Assembly: GCA_963727445.1 (NCBI GenBank)
Contig: CAVSGI010000010.1
Location: 96,001 to 160,000 of the forward strand
DNA length: 64,000 nucleotides
Reading direction: 5' to 3'
From: an uncultured delta proteobacterium
Lineage (GTDB): Bacteria; Myxococcota_A; Polyangia; Polyangiales; B10-G4
Part shown: piece by piece, positions 52,698 through 64,000 of the stretch
How the letters are laid out: every line of letters begins with the position of its first letter
Position numbering within the stretch: the stretch's first letter is position 1
The notes under the pieces: generated by a model
Databases searched by the model: none
What the model saw: only the letters and a program-made list of their open reading frames with translations
Told to the model about the DNA's origin: nothing
Made by a program: the position numbers and the translations under genes

Positions 52698-52725
52698 TTG
52701 ACCCCTCGAAACCCTTGGCTATCTT
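52698..52725 (+). promoter_or_regulatory. Sigma-70-type promoter for the tRNA pair
   Basis: TTGACC-N16-TATCTT ending 10 bp before tRNA-Pro. Confidence 0.55.
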
Positions 52726-52734
52726 CCCCCGACT

Positions 52735-52808
52735 CGGGGTGTAGCACAGCCTGGTAGTGCGCAAGCTTTGGGAGCTTGAGGTCGCGGGTTCGAATCCCGC
52801 CGCCCCGA
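52735..52808 (+). tRNA. tRNA-Pro (UGG)
   Basis: Cloverleaf; anticodon arm caagc-tttggga-gcttg; GTTCGAATC T-loop; CCA not encoded. Confidence 0.96.
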
Positions 52809-52839
52809 CCGGATCGCATCGCGACGACGACGCGAACGA

Positions 52840-52916
52840 GCGCCCGTAGCTCAGCTGGATAGAGCAGCGGCCTTCTAAGCCGACGGTCGGGGGTTCAAGT
52901 CCTCCCGGGCGCGCCA
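52840..52916 (+). tRNA. tRNA-Arg (UCU)
   Basis: Cloverleaf; anticodon loop cttctaa; GTTCAAGTC; encoded CCA. Confidence 0.96.
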
Positions 52917-53098
52917 GATCGCGCGGTTCACTTTCCCCGGGGAGAGTGGATACGCGTGGCGTGAGAGCTTCGCCGCTCGCCATTCGGTCCGTGGCGGATC
53001 GCCACGAACGGCTCAATTGCGACACGCCCGTAGGCGTGATCTCGGGCGTCTCTCGTCGGATCCGGCGGCTGGCATCGTCGTTGCGTTCATCCGATGCG

Positions 53099-53303
53099 AT
53101 GAATCGAACGAACAAGAGGCGCTGCCTCTGGGTGCTGCCCCTCGCGCTCGTCTTCGGGTGTGCGGCGGCGGGTGGGTGCCGAGATGTACGGGACGACCGT
53201 CGCGCATGCCTTCGACGTGGTGATCACGGCGGAGAAGAGCGCGGATCCGATCTCGCCGAGTGACAACGTCGTGGCCGAACAATCGGTGCGCATGGGCAGC
53301 TGA
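53099..53303 (+). pseudogene. Short, possibly truncated or frameshifted lipoprotein remnant
   Basis: MNRTNKRRCLWVLPLALVFGC signal followed, in another frame, by AEMYGTTVAHAFDVVITAEKSADPISPSDNVVAEQSVRMGS*. Confidence 0.4.
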
Positions 53304-53321
53304 CGACGAAAGGAACACGAC

Positions 53322-53840
53322 ATGAAAACGCTGACACTCATTTTCGCGCTCTCCCTGCTTCACTGTGGTGGTAGCGCTGACACGCGATCACAAACCACGG
53401 TCCAGACGCCTCGCGACGCTCACGCCTCGCTGCACGAAGGCCAGCCCTATCGCGCGGACCCGCGGCTCAACGTCTACGTCCAGGGCCCCGACCCCGAGGA
53501 CTACACGACGAATCCCGGGATGGTGGACGAGTACGGCATGGACGTGGTGGTCACCAACACCGGCAACGCGCCCGTCCTGCTCGACAACACCCAGGTCTGG
53601 TTCGATGTCTGGAAGGGCAACCGCGAGATCGAGTGCCCCGTCGACGACAACAAGCAGCTCGTCCGCACGCCGGCCGAGTTGGCCCCAGGCCATGCCTTCA
53701 CCTTCCACGCCGACGCGATCTGCACACTCCCCACGCCCGGTGAGTACGAGGTCCGCGCCTACATGAACATCGGCGCCGAGGAGCCGACCCAGCACCTCGA
53801 GGACCACTACGTCGGGCGCTATTTCGTCCGGCGAAGGTAG
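53322..53840 (+). CDS. Hypothetical lipoprotein with Ig-like beta-sandwich
   Basis: AGGA RBS, lipobox-like LLHC, VVVTNTG and LPTPGEYEVRA. Confidence 0.8.
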   Translation: MKTLTLIFALSLLHCGGSADTRSQTTVQTPRDAHASLHEGQPYRADPRLNVYVQGPDPEDYTTNPGMVDEYGMDVVVTNTGNAPVLLDNTQVWFDVWKGNREIECPVDDNKQLVRTPAELAPGHAFTFHADAICTLPTPGEYEVRAYMNIGAEEPTQHLEDHYVGRYFVRRR

Positions 53841-53888
53841 TCGCGACAGGCGGTATCCTCTTTCGCGGCGCGCGCATATCCTCCCCGC

Positions 53889-55835
53889 GTGTTCGGCCGC
53901 GCACGGGACCTCTTCAAGTTCCAGATCGAACGTCTCCTCCTGAGGGGGACGCACTTTCGTCTCCTGGTCATCGCGGCGGTGATCGGGCTCATCTCGGTGG
54001 TGGGCGGGCTGGTCATCGTGGCGGCCGACGCCCCGCACGAGAGCGTGGGGGAGGCGATCTGGTGGGCCTTCTTGCGCCTCACCGACCCCGGCTACCTCGG
54101 CGACGACCAGGGCCTGGTGGCGCGCACAGTGAGCACCGTCCTCACCATCGCCGGCTACGTGCTCTTCATGGGCGCGCTCATCGCGATCATGAGCACCTGG
54201 CTCTCCCAGACCATCGAGCGCCTGGAGAGCGGGCTGACGCCCATCGCTCAGAACGACCACGTGCTGGTGATCGGCAACGACGCGCGGACGCCCACGGTGC
54301 TGCGCGAGCTCCTCGAGGGCGAAGAACGGGTCCGGCGCTTCCTCGCGCGTCACGGCCGACGCACCCTGAGCATCGTCCTGCTCGCCCCCGACGTCTCGGC
54401 TCGGCTGCGCCAGGATCTTCGCGAGCGCGTGGGCAAGGGCTGGCGCGAGGCTCAGGTGACCTTGCGAAGCGGCCTTCCGCTGCGCATCGGACACCTGCGC
54501 CGCGTCGACTTCGCCCATGCCGCCGCGATCATCGTGCCCGGCAACGATCGCCAGCCTGGGGGCGCCGACGGGGCCGATGCCGCGACGGTCAAGGCGCTCC
54601 TGTCCATGTCGGCGCACGGCAAGATGCTCACCGACGAGGAGCTGCCGCGCGTGGTCGCCGAGGTCTTCGACGGGCGCAAGGCTCGCATCGCCCGACGCGC
54701 CTACGAGGGCGAGGTCGAGGTGGTCAGCTCCGATCAGCTCATCGGGAGCCTCCTCGCTCAGAACATCCGCCACCCGGGTTTGTCGCGCGTCTTCGAAGAG
54801 ATCTTCTCCCAGGGCGTCGGCACCACGGTCTACGTGCGGGAGTCCGACGGCATGGTGGGCGCGCCTTTCGGCGCGCTTCGCGCCTGTTTTCCCGACGCGA
54901 TCCCCATCGGCCTCGTACGTCCGGAGGGTCGGAGCTACACGGCGCTCATGGCGCCGCGCCCCCGCACGAAGGTCGAGGACGGGGATCGCATCGCGCTGCT
55001 GGCGCCCACCTACGAAGAGACGGCCCCCCGCGGCGCACCCGAAAAGGAGGTGCCGCGCGCGCGCTCCCTGTCGGCTCCGCCCGCGAGCACCGCCAAGAGG
55101 CGGGTGCTGCTCATCGGCTGGAATCACAAGGCGCCGGCGCTCCTCATGGAGCTCGACGACTACGAGCACGAGAGCGCCGAGGTGACCATCCTGTCACGGC
55201 GGAGCATCGCCGAGCGCGAGGAGCTCCTTTCGGAGCGCGAGCCCCTGAAGCGCGTGACCGTCCGCCACGAGGTGGGGGATTCCACCGTGCCCGGCATCGT
55301 CTCCTCCGTCGCTGCGAAGAGCTTCGACACGGTGGTCTTCATGTCCCGCGATTGGCCGAGCAGCTCCTCTGAAGCAGACGCCGAAACCCTGGTGGGCTTC
55401 ATGCTTCTGCGCGACGTGCTTCTCGAGGACGAGGAAGCAGAGGCGCCCCGCGTCCTCGTCGAGCTCGTCGACCCGAGCAACCGCATCCTCTTTCGAGACC
55501 AGCACGCGGAGACGGTGGTGAGCTCCGAGCTGATGGGGCGGCTGTTGGCACACGTGGCCATGCGCCGCGAGCTTCGCGCCGTGTACGACGAGATCCTCGG
55601 TCCCACCGGGCCGGAGATCACCTTTCGGCGCGCCGACGTCTACGGCACGCCGGACGAGGAGACGAGCTTCGGAGCGCTGGAAGTGGCGGTGGCCGAACGC
55701 GGCGACGTGCTCCTCGGCATTCAGCGCCACGGCGAGGACGATCCGCTTCTTCACCTCCCCACGAAGACGCGCGTGCGCCTCGGCGAGCGGGATCAGTTGA
55801 TCGTGCTGTCGACGGTGAGCGGCGATCGGCTCTAG
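53889..55835 (+). CDS. CASTOR/POLLUX-related ion channel (TM pore plus two RCK domains)
   Basis: IWWAFLRLTDPGYLGDD pore segment, HVLVIG and RVLLIGWN RCK starts, ADAETL. Confidence 0.82.
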   Translation: MFGRARDLFKFQIERLLLRGTHFRLLVIAAVIGLISVVGGLVIVAADAPHESVGEAIWWAFLRLTDPGYLGDDQGLVARTVSTVLTIAGYVLFMGALIAIMSTWLSQTIERLESGLTPIAQNDHVLVIGNDARTPTVLRELLEGEERVRRFLARHGRRTLSIVLLAPDVSARLRQDLRERVGKGWREAQVTLRSGLPLRIGHLRRVDFAHAAAIIVPGNDRQPGGADGADAATVKALLSMSAHGKMLTDEELPRVVAEVFDGRKARIARRAYEGEVEVVSSDQLIGSLLAQNIRHPGLSRVFEEIFSQGVGTTVYVRESDGMVGAPFGALRACFPDAIPIGLVRPEGRSYTALMAPRPRTKVEDGDRIALLAPTYEETAPRGAPEKEVPRARSLSAPPASTAKRRVLLIGWNHKAPALLMELDDYEHESAEVTILSRRSIAEREELLSEREPLKRVTVRHEVGDSTVPGIVSSVAAKSFDTVVFMSRDWPSSSSEADAETLVGFMLLRDVLLEDEEAEAPRVLVELVDPSNRILFRDQHAETVVSSELMGRLLAHVAMRRELRAVYDEILGPTGPEITFRRADVYGTPDEETSFGALEVAVAERGDVLLGIQRHGEDDPLLHLPTKTRVRLGERDQLIVLSTVSGDRL

Positions 55836-55856
55836 ACTCGACTAAGCTCGCCGGCC

Positions 55857-56186
55857 ATGGACGAGCTCCTCGACGAGATCCGTCGCTTCGTGGCCGAACG
55901 CGACTGGGACCGATTTCACGATCCGAAGAACCTGGCGATGGCGGTGGCCAGCGAAGCGGGGGAGCTCCTCGCCGAGCTCCGATGGGTGCCGAGCGAGTCG
56001 GCGGACGCCTGGTGCGAAGAGCCGGACAATCGCGCGCGCGTCGCCGACGAGATCGCGGACGTCGCCATCACGCTGACGATGCTCGCCGATCGAATCGGGC
56101 TCGACCTCGCCCAGGCGATGCGTGAGAAGCTCGCCAAGAACGAGGCGAAGTATCCGGCCGAGCGCTGGCGCGGCCGCCACGAGTGA
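55857..56186 (+). CDS. MazG-like nucleotide pyrophosphohydrolase (dCTPase type)
   Basis: ERDWDRFHDPKNLAMAVASEAGEL, DEIADV, KNEAKYP. Confidence 0.92.
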   Translation: MDELLDEIRRFVAERDWDRFHDPKNLAMAVASEAGELLAELRWVPSESADAWCEEPDNRARVADEIADVAITLTMLADRIGLDLAQAMREKLAKNEAKYPAERWRGRHE

Positions 56187-56219
56187 GCCCGTAGCGCCAA
56201 GGTCCTCGGAGGCGGCGAT

Positions 56220-57371
56220 TCACTGAAGACGGCGCACGCGACTGCGCAGGCGGCGATCGTCTGGCTGCTTTTCCAAGCCCTGCTCGTAGGTGGCGAGCGC
56301 TTCTGCCGTCTGCTCGAACATCAGGAGCTGGTCACCCAGGAGCTCGTAGTTGCGCGGGTTGTCGGGCTCGGATTCGACCGCGCGGCGCGCCCAGGCCAGC
56401 GCGGAGTCGAGATCGCCCATCCGCTGTAAGGTGCGCGACAGATAGCGCATCGCGTCGTCGCTCTCGGGGTCCCACTCGAGCGAGCGGAGAAACTCGCGGT
56501 GGGCGACGACCAGCCGCCCGTTCATGTAGTGGCGCCGCGCCTCCTGCCGGATGTCCGCCGCGCGGTTGCGACGCACCCACGGATTTTCGAGCATCACGTC
56601 GGGGCTCGGCTCGGGAAGGGCGGCGAGGTCTTCGACGGGTGAGTCTTCGACGACGTCGGTTTCCGTCTCCGTTCCGGTCTCCGTCTCCGTCCCGGTCTCC
56701 GTCTCCGTCCCGGTCTCCGTCTCGGTCTCCGTCTCCGTCCCGGTCTCCGTCTCCGTCTCGGTCTCCGTCTCCGTCTCCGTCCCGGTCTCCGTCTCCGTCC
56801 CGGTCTCCGTCTCGGTCTCCGTCCTCGGCCTGCGCCCGGCGATCCGCGTCCCCTCCTCGGGGAGCGTCCAGAAGACCACCGCCACGATGGCCGCGGCGAG
56901 GGCGACGGCGACGACGGCGATCCAGCGGCCGACGCCGGTGTCGGGATCCTCGTCCGGCTCCTCGACGGGGCGCACGATCTTCTCCGTGGGCTCGCGGGTG
57001 CCTGGCAGGGCGCGGCCACGGCGCATGGCGACGCTCTCCGACTCCTCCTCGGCGTCGACGTCCACCTCGAAGACCGGCATGTCCGGCGGGTCGAGGGAGG
57101 AGACGTCGCTCTGGGGCGGGATGTCGACGTCCACCGCGACCTCGCCGTCCGTGTCCGGATCCGCCGAAGACGGGGGGCTCGAGCCGATCAGCCGCTTTTC
57201 CTCCGAGATGGGAGGGAGCTTCTTGCGCCGGCCGGCGCGGGGCGGGACCGGGGGCTCGCTGACTTTGATGTTCTTCGGCACCTTGACGACATCGGTGCTC
57301 CCCGCGGTGGGGGGCCGAAAGCTGGGCAGCCGCTTGGGGCGCTCCCGCTTTTCGTCTTCGCCTTCGGCCAC
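56220..57371 (-). CDS. Single-TM protein with (ET)n linker and C-terminal TPR domain
   Basis: TM WIAVVAVALAAAIVAVVFW; TPR-like repeats; start uncertain. Confidence 0.78.
   Translation of the reverse strand: MAEGEDEKRERPKRLPSFRPPTAGSTDVVKVPKNIKVSEPPVPPRAGRRKKLPPISEEKRLIGSSPPSSADPDTDGEVAVDVDIPPQSDVSSLDPPDMPVFEVDVDAEEESESVAMRRGRALPGTREPTEKIVRPVEEPDEDPDTGVGRWIAVVAVALAAAIVAVVFWTLPEEGTRIAGRRPRTETETETGTETETGTETETETETETETGTETETETETGTETETGTETETGTETETDVVEDSPVEDLAALPEPSPDVMLENPWVRRNRAADIRQEARRHYMNGRLVVAHREFLRSLEWDPESDDAMRYLSRTLQRMGDLDSALAWARRAVESEPDNPRNYELLGDQLLMFEQTAEALATYEQGLEKQPDDRRLRSRVRRLQ
56657..56823. repeat. Hexanucleotide tandem repeat (GTCTCC)n encoding (ET)n
   Basis: Directly visible in the sequence. 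Confidence 0.95.
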
Positions 57372-57433
57372 GACCCGGAATTTTGCCACAGTCCCCACCC
57401 GCGGGACGAATTGCCGGTTTGGTATCGTTGTGT

Positions 57434-59338
57434 ATGGGCGTGGTGGTGGGGTTCCTCTCGTTTCTGCTGGTTTGCGCCTGCGGAGGCACCTCCGATGGGT
57501 CGGGGGAGGCTCCCCCGGAGACACCTCCGCCCGCCCGGGCTGCGGCCGACCCGCTTCCGAGGAGCGAAGCGCCTCCCGCCGCCGAGCCCCCGAGCGAGCC
57601 TCCCGCCCATCCGCTCGCCCCGCTCCTTTTGACCGAGCCGGTCCTCCTGATGGAGCTCGAAGCGCACGGGCTCGCGCTTCACGACATCCTCGGCGTCACG
57701 GGGCCGGACACCCACGCTCTGCATCGCCAGAGCTCCCACTACCGCTCCTTCGTCGATCTCGTCGGTCTCGATGATTCGGTGGCGCGCTGGCGCGACCCCG
57801 CGGCGCGCGTGGGCCTCTCTGCCAGTCACCGCCTCTTCAACCCCGGCTGGCTCGATCGCGAGAGCACGCGCTTCGAGCTGATCGCCGTGGTCAACCGGTT
57901 GGACCGGATCCACGCGACGCCCGAGGGCTGCGGGGAGGTGCGGTTGATCTACCGACTGGCCTACGGCACCGGCCACGCGGGATCGCGTCTCCCCATGACC
58001 CTCAACGCGGTCTTCGATCAGGGGGACGACTGTCCGGCGGTGGCCCGCTTCTGGCTCGGACTCGCGAACGCCTCCGACCTCACCCAGGCCCTGCGCACCG
58101 CGCCCAGTCCCCTCGCGGGTGATCCGCGACCGAAGCGACTCGAGGTGAACTTCCAGTCCGGGCGCTGGCCCTCGGGCGTGCGTCCATCTCTGGGCGGGCA
58201 TGCCGAGTACGTCCTGCGCGTCTTCCACTTCGAAGGGGATCACGTCGTGGTCGGGACGCTGGAGAACACGCCGACGCAGCGCCTCGGTGGCGGCAAGCGC
58301 AACGAGCTCCGCGAATGGCTCGCCGGACACCTCGAGGAGGTCGACGACGGGACGCTCCTCGTCCCCGAGCGCTTCCTCGCGGAGCGCAGCGTCTCGGTTC
58401 ATCCGCGCGGGCTCGCGCGCTACGCCAACCGACCGTGGTCACAGATCCTGCCGCACCCCGAGCGGCCGCTGCCGCACGTCTCCGACGGAACGCTCACGCA
58501 GATCGCGTCCCAGGTCGGCTTGATGCGCCGGCTCGACCAGATGTCGTGCAAGGGCTGTCATGCCTCACGGGCGCTCGCCGGCTTTCACGTGCTCGGAGAG
58601 GACCGCCCCGGTACCAGCCCTCACAACGCGATCCAGGTGGGGATCAGCCCGCATCTGTTGAACGACCTTCCCTTCCGCGCGGCGAATCTATCGGCCATCG
58701 CCGAGGGGCACCCGCGCCCGCGTCGCCCCTTCTCCGATCGGGGCGCCTCCACCGGACGCGTCGGCGATGCGTGTGGTCTCGGCGACCCGACCTTTGCCGA
58801 TTGGACCTGCGAGGAGGGCAACGTCTGCAAGGATCGCCACGGCGACGCGGTCGGGGAGTGTGCCCCCGCTGCCGGGCCGGGCCCGGGGGATGGAACCGAG
58901 CTCGGCGAGGTCACCCGCGACCGCCGCGGGCTTCGGGATCGCGTCCGCAACCTCCGCACCGAAGAGTGTCTGCCCATCGACGGCGAGACGGCGCGCGCGG
59001 CCCCGAGCGGCAGCGGCTTCCCGAACGGCATCTGCGTCGCGCCCTGCGAGCGCTTCGGCCTGGTCGACGGCGACCGCATCTGCGGCCCGGTGCCCAACGG
59101 GCAAGGCACGCAGTTCGACGGGTTCACGGCCTGCCTGGCCCAGCATCAGCAGAGCTTCGACGTCTGCCTGGGAGACGACGCGCATCCGACATGGCTCGCG
59201 CGGTGCGATTTCGACGAGCCCTGCCGGGACGACTACCTCTGCGTCGACGTCCCAAACGCGCCCGAAGGGCAGGGCGCGTGCATGCCGCCCTACTTCCTCT
59301 TTCAGGTGCGGGTCGACGGGCACCGCGTCCCACAGTGA
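57434..59338 (+). CDS. Uncharacterised lipoprotein with one CxxCH heme motif and Cys-rich C-terminus
   Basis: Lipobox VCAC; CKGCH; many C-terminal Cys. Confidence 0.75.
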   Translation: MGVVVGFLSFLLVCACGGTSDGSGEAPPETPPPARAAADPLPRSEAPPAAEPPSEPPAHPLAPLLLTEPVLLMELEAHGLALHDILGVTGPDTHALHRQSSHYRSFVDLVGLDDSVARWRDPAARVGLSASHRLFNPGWLDRESTRFELIAVVNRLDRIHATPEGCGEVRLIYRLAYGTGHAGSRLPMTLNAVFDQGDDCPAVARFWLGLANASDLTQALRTAPSPLAGDPRPKRLEVNFQSGRWPSGVRPSLGGHAEYVLRVFHFEGDHVVVGTLENTPTQRLGGGKRNELREWLAGHLEEVDDGTLLVPERFLAERSVSVHPRGLARYANRPWSQILPHPERPLPHVSDGTLTQIASQVGLMRRLDQMSCKGCHASRALAGFHVLGEDRPGTSPHNAIQVGISPHLLNDLPFRAANLSAIAEGHPRPRRPFSDRGASTGRVGDACGLGDPTFADWTCEEGNVCKDRHGDAVGECAPAAGPGPGDGTELGEVTRDRRGLRDRVRNLRTEECLPIDGETARAAPSGSGFPNGICVAPCERFGLVDGDRICGPVPNGQGTQFDGFTACLAQHQQSFDVCLGDDAHPTWLARCDFDEPCRDDYLCVDVPNAPEGQGACMPPYFLFQVRVDGHRVPQ

Positions 59339-59345
59339 GCGGCGC

Positions 59346-60141
59346 TCACTCCGGATCGGCGAAGTCGGCGGGGCGCTTCATGAACACCGCCTGCGCCGCT
59401 TCCATCTGATTGGGGCTGCCGAGCAGCGGGCGCTGGAGCTCGGTCTCGAGCGCGAAGCTCTCCTCCGGTCCCATCGTCCACGCTTCGTTCAAGAGGCGCT
59501 TGTCAGCGCGGATGGCGTGAGGGGAAGACGCGGCGATCGCCCGCGCCGATTCGAGGGCCGTCGCGATGGGATCGTCGACGGCCCGGGTCACCACGCCGAG
59601 GGCGACGCCCTCCTCGCCGGAGAAGCGGCGCGCGGTGAAGGTCAGCTCCTTGGCGACGTCGAGGCGCACGCGACGCAGGAGCGTCTGGGTGATCCCCATG
59701 TCCGGGACGAGGCCGTAGCGCGCCTCCATCACCGAGAGCTGCGCGTCCTTCGTCGGCGTAGACGATGTCGGCGCCGAGGGCGATCTGCAGCCCGCCGCCG
59801 AAGGCGAAGCCGTGCACGGCGGCGATGACCGGAACCGGAACCTCCTGCCAGACCCAGGCGACCTTCTGAGCGAGGTTCGCCACCTGACCCTCCGCGCGGT
59901 TCAGGAGCTCGGGTGCGGACTGGGGATTGGACATGAAGCTCATCCAGTCGAGACCAGCGCAGAACCCCTTCCCCTCGCCGCTCAGGACCACGGCGCGCAG
60001 GCGCTTGTCGTCGGCGAGCGCTTCGCCGGTGGCCGCGATCTCGAGAAACATCGCGTGGTCGAGGCCGTTGCGCTTGTCCGGCCGGTTCAGCTTCACGTGC
60101 GCGACCTTTCCGTCGCGCTCCACGATCACCCGTTCACCCAT
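59346..60141 (-). CDS. Enoyl-CoA hydratase/isomerase (crotonase); frameshift near 59745
   Basis: [27 protein letters not shown], then [12 protein letters not shown] in the other frame. Confidence 0.9.
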
Positions 60142-60187
60142 GGCGGCTTGATACCACCGAATCGGCGCTCGCGGGGGCCCCGTCGGA

Positions 60188-62393
<2,206 letters not shown>

Positions 62394-62430
62394 CGAGGAG
62401 CATCGTAGCGCACTTGGGGCGCCTCTCGTC

Positions 62431-63423
62431 CTAGCCTTTCCAAGGTACGGAGCGGGGGGTCCGAAGGAGCCGATCGACCGCTCCACGGGCGGTTTCGAAG
62501 CGCTGCCCCCAGCTTCCCTCGACCACCACGTAGGGCCTTCCGTGCTCTTGTAGCGTCGCTTTGCAGCGGTCGAAGAAGGAGCGTCGCTCCTCGGGCAGAT
62601 AGCGGACGACGTCGTCCACCCAGGGCACGTCCACGTTGCACAGCAGGGTCAGATCGTAACGATGCTCACGGGCGGCGGCGCGAATCCATGCGGGACATCG
62701 GCCGTAGAGCACGTCACTCCAGATCGTGGTGCTGAGCAGATCGGTATCGCAGATCATCAGCGGGCCCGTCGAACGGGCGAGGGTGTCCTCCATCGCGCGC
62801 TGGCCGCGCGCGATGTGCTCGATGTCGTCTTCGGCGAGCGCGCCCTCGTGCGCCTCGATCAGCGTGCGCGCATACTCCGGGACGAGCGTCGCGTCGAAGT
62901 GTTCAGCCAGGCGTCGCGCGAGGGTCGACTTGCCGGTGGACTCGGGACCGAAGACGCACACCCGCCGGGCGAAGTGCGCCCTCACCGGAGGTGGAAGGTG
63001 CGCCCAGGCAGCGAAGGGGTCATCGCGGACGGCGGTGCCGCTGATGGGACGGATCGAGCGTTCCGGGTCGACCGGGACGAAACGCGCGCCGAGGATCTCC
63101 GCGAGCTTGGGACCGTAGCTCTCGGAAGCGAAGACCAGGTCCACCGGCGCTGGCAGGATGCGGGTGAGGCTCTCTCTCCACAGCTCCCAGAAGTGCGGGT
63201 GCTCCTCGGGCGATTGCGGGTTTTCGTCCCTCAGGTGCAGCACCTCGGCGCGGGGCGCGAGCTCCCGCATCCAGGCGTGTCGGAGAGCGCTGTCGATGGG
63301 CTCGCCGCGAACGTGCTCCACCACGACGAACACCTCGTCTGCGTATCGTGTCGCGACGTCGATGAGGTAGAGGTGTCCCGAGTGAGGCGGCAGGAACTTC
63401 CCCAGGACCAGGCCGCGGGTCAC
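62431..63423 (-). CDS. nadR: NadR-type bifunctional NMN adenylyltransferase / ribosylnicotinamide kinase (no HTH)
   Basis: [10 protein letters not shown] (HxGH), FASESYG, ISGT, Walker [18 protein letters not shown]. Confidence 0.88.
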   Translation of the reverse strand: MTRGLVLGKFLPPHSGHLYLIDVATRYADEVFVVVEHVRGEPIDSALRHAWMRELAPRAEVLHLRDENPQSPEEHPHFWELWRESLTRILPAPVDLVFASESYGPKLAEILGARFVPVDPERSIRPISGTAVRDDPFAAWAHLPPPVRAHFARRVCVFGPESTGKSTLARRLAEHFDATLVPEYARTLIEAHEGALAEDDIEHIARGQRAMEDTLARSTGPLMICDTDLLSTTIWSDVLYGRCPAWIRAAAREHRYDLTLLCNVDVPWVDDVVRYLPEERRSFFDRCKATLQEHGRPYVVVEGSWGQRFETARGAVDRLLRTPRSVPWKG

Positions 63424-64000
63424 GCCGCACCTCCGATCGCCGCGCGGACGTAGCGCCGGAGGAGCGCGCGGCTCGGCACGGGGCATCGAAGCGAGTCGCC
63501 CATCCGTGCGCGGGTTCTTCGGGTATCGAAGCGCGCGCGGGTGGCTTCGAAGAGGTCGAGGCCGCGATGTCGTGAGAAGGTCTCCTCGCCCAGGGAGCGT
63601 CCGAGGGCGAGGCAGGCGGCGCCCACGTCGGCATCGTCCGTCGCCTCGAGGACTTCGGCGACGCGCACGCGGAAGGCCGCCTGCGAAACCTCCGCCAGGC
63701 GAATGCCTTCGTCCTCCATGGCCCGTCGCAGAAGCGCGAAGCGCGTGGCCTCCGCGGCTGCGACGTGAAAGACGCCATCCATTTCTCGCTCGTGGGCGCG
63801 GGCGATCAGGCGGGCCGTGACCTCGGCCGCGTAGTCCACGGGGGTCACGTCGAAAGCGAGGGCCGGGTCTCTTTGCGCGGGCACGACGCCGAGAGCGGCG
63901 AGCCCGCGGATGGTGCGCGGGAGCCAGGCGCCGCGCGGGCCGCGGCCGGAGGCGGATTCGCCGGTCAGCAGCCCGAAGCGGAGGACCTGCGTCGATGACA
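63420..64000 (-). CDS. Partial gene: C-terminus of a thioester-reductase-like (extended SDR, NRPS R-domain type) protein
   Basis: VLRFGLLTGESASG..IRGLAALGVVP..DVTPVDYAA..VFHV; open to the window edge. Confidence 0.7.
   Translation of the reverse strand, partial: SSTQVLRFGLLTGESASGRGPRGAWLPRTIRGLAALGVVPAQRDPALAFDVTPVDYAAEVTARLIARAHEREMDGVFHVAAAEATRFALLRRAMEDEGIRLAEVSQAAFRVRVAEVLEATDDADVGAACLALGRSLGEETFSRHRGLDLFEATRARFDTRRTRARMGDSLRCPVPSRALLRRYVRAAIGGAA

Noticed and set aside
52840..56186. Prophage or integrative element at tRNA-Arg
   Set aside because: No integrase, no duplicated tRNA 3' end noticed and no obvious composition shift

Overview
High-GC chromosomal window from a myxobacterium (inferred Myxococcota/Polyangia-like from its multiple Hanks-type kinases, Cys-rich lipoproteins and ECF/anti-sigma module). 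It holds about 50 genes. Core genes include dnaX-ybaB-recR, dinB, pyrG, rph-rdgB, nadR, tRNA-Pro(UGG) and tRNA-Arg(UCU). These are interspersed with four Ser/Thr kinase-fold genes, two histidine kinases, a MoxR/DUF58 operon, TRAP membrane subunits, a nucleotidyltransferase-small protein pair and many exported Cys-rich lipoproteins. I found no integrase, transposase, prophage or CRISPR array. Scattered single-base frameshifts, very dense in pyrG, look like long-read consensus errors. Most notable observations: (1) extracytoplasmic proteins and domains are nearly lysine-free and often Met-rich, and the switch is visible across the TM helix within single proteins; (2) an ECF sigma/anti-sigma module runs directly into a beta-barrel gene translationally coupled to a pentaheme cytochrome; (3) one 6-TM module is shared by two kinases in opposite domain order; (4) a REP-like repeat supplies the stop codons of two convergent genes; (5) a thioester-reductase-like gene is coupled to nadR. 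All family assignments come from motif recognition by eye, not database searches.
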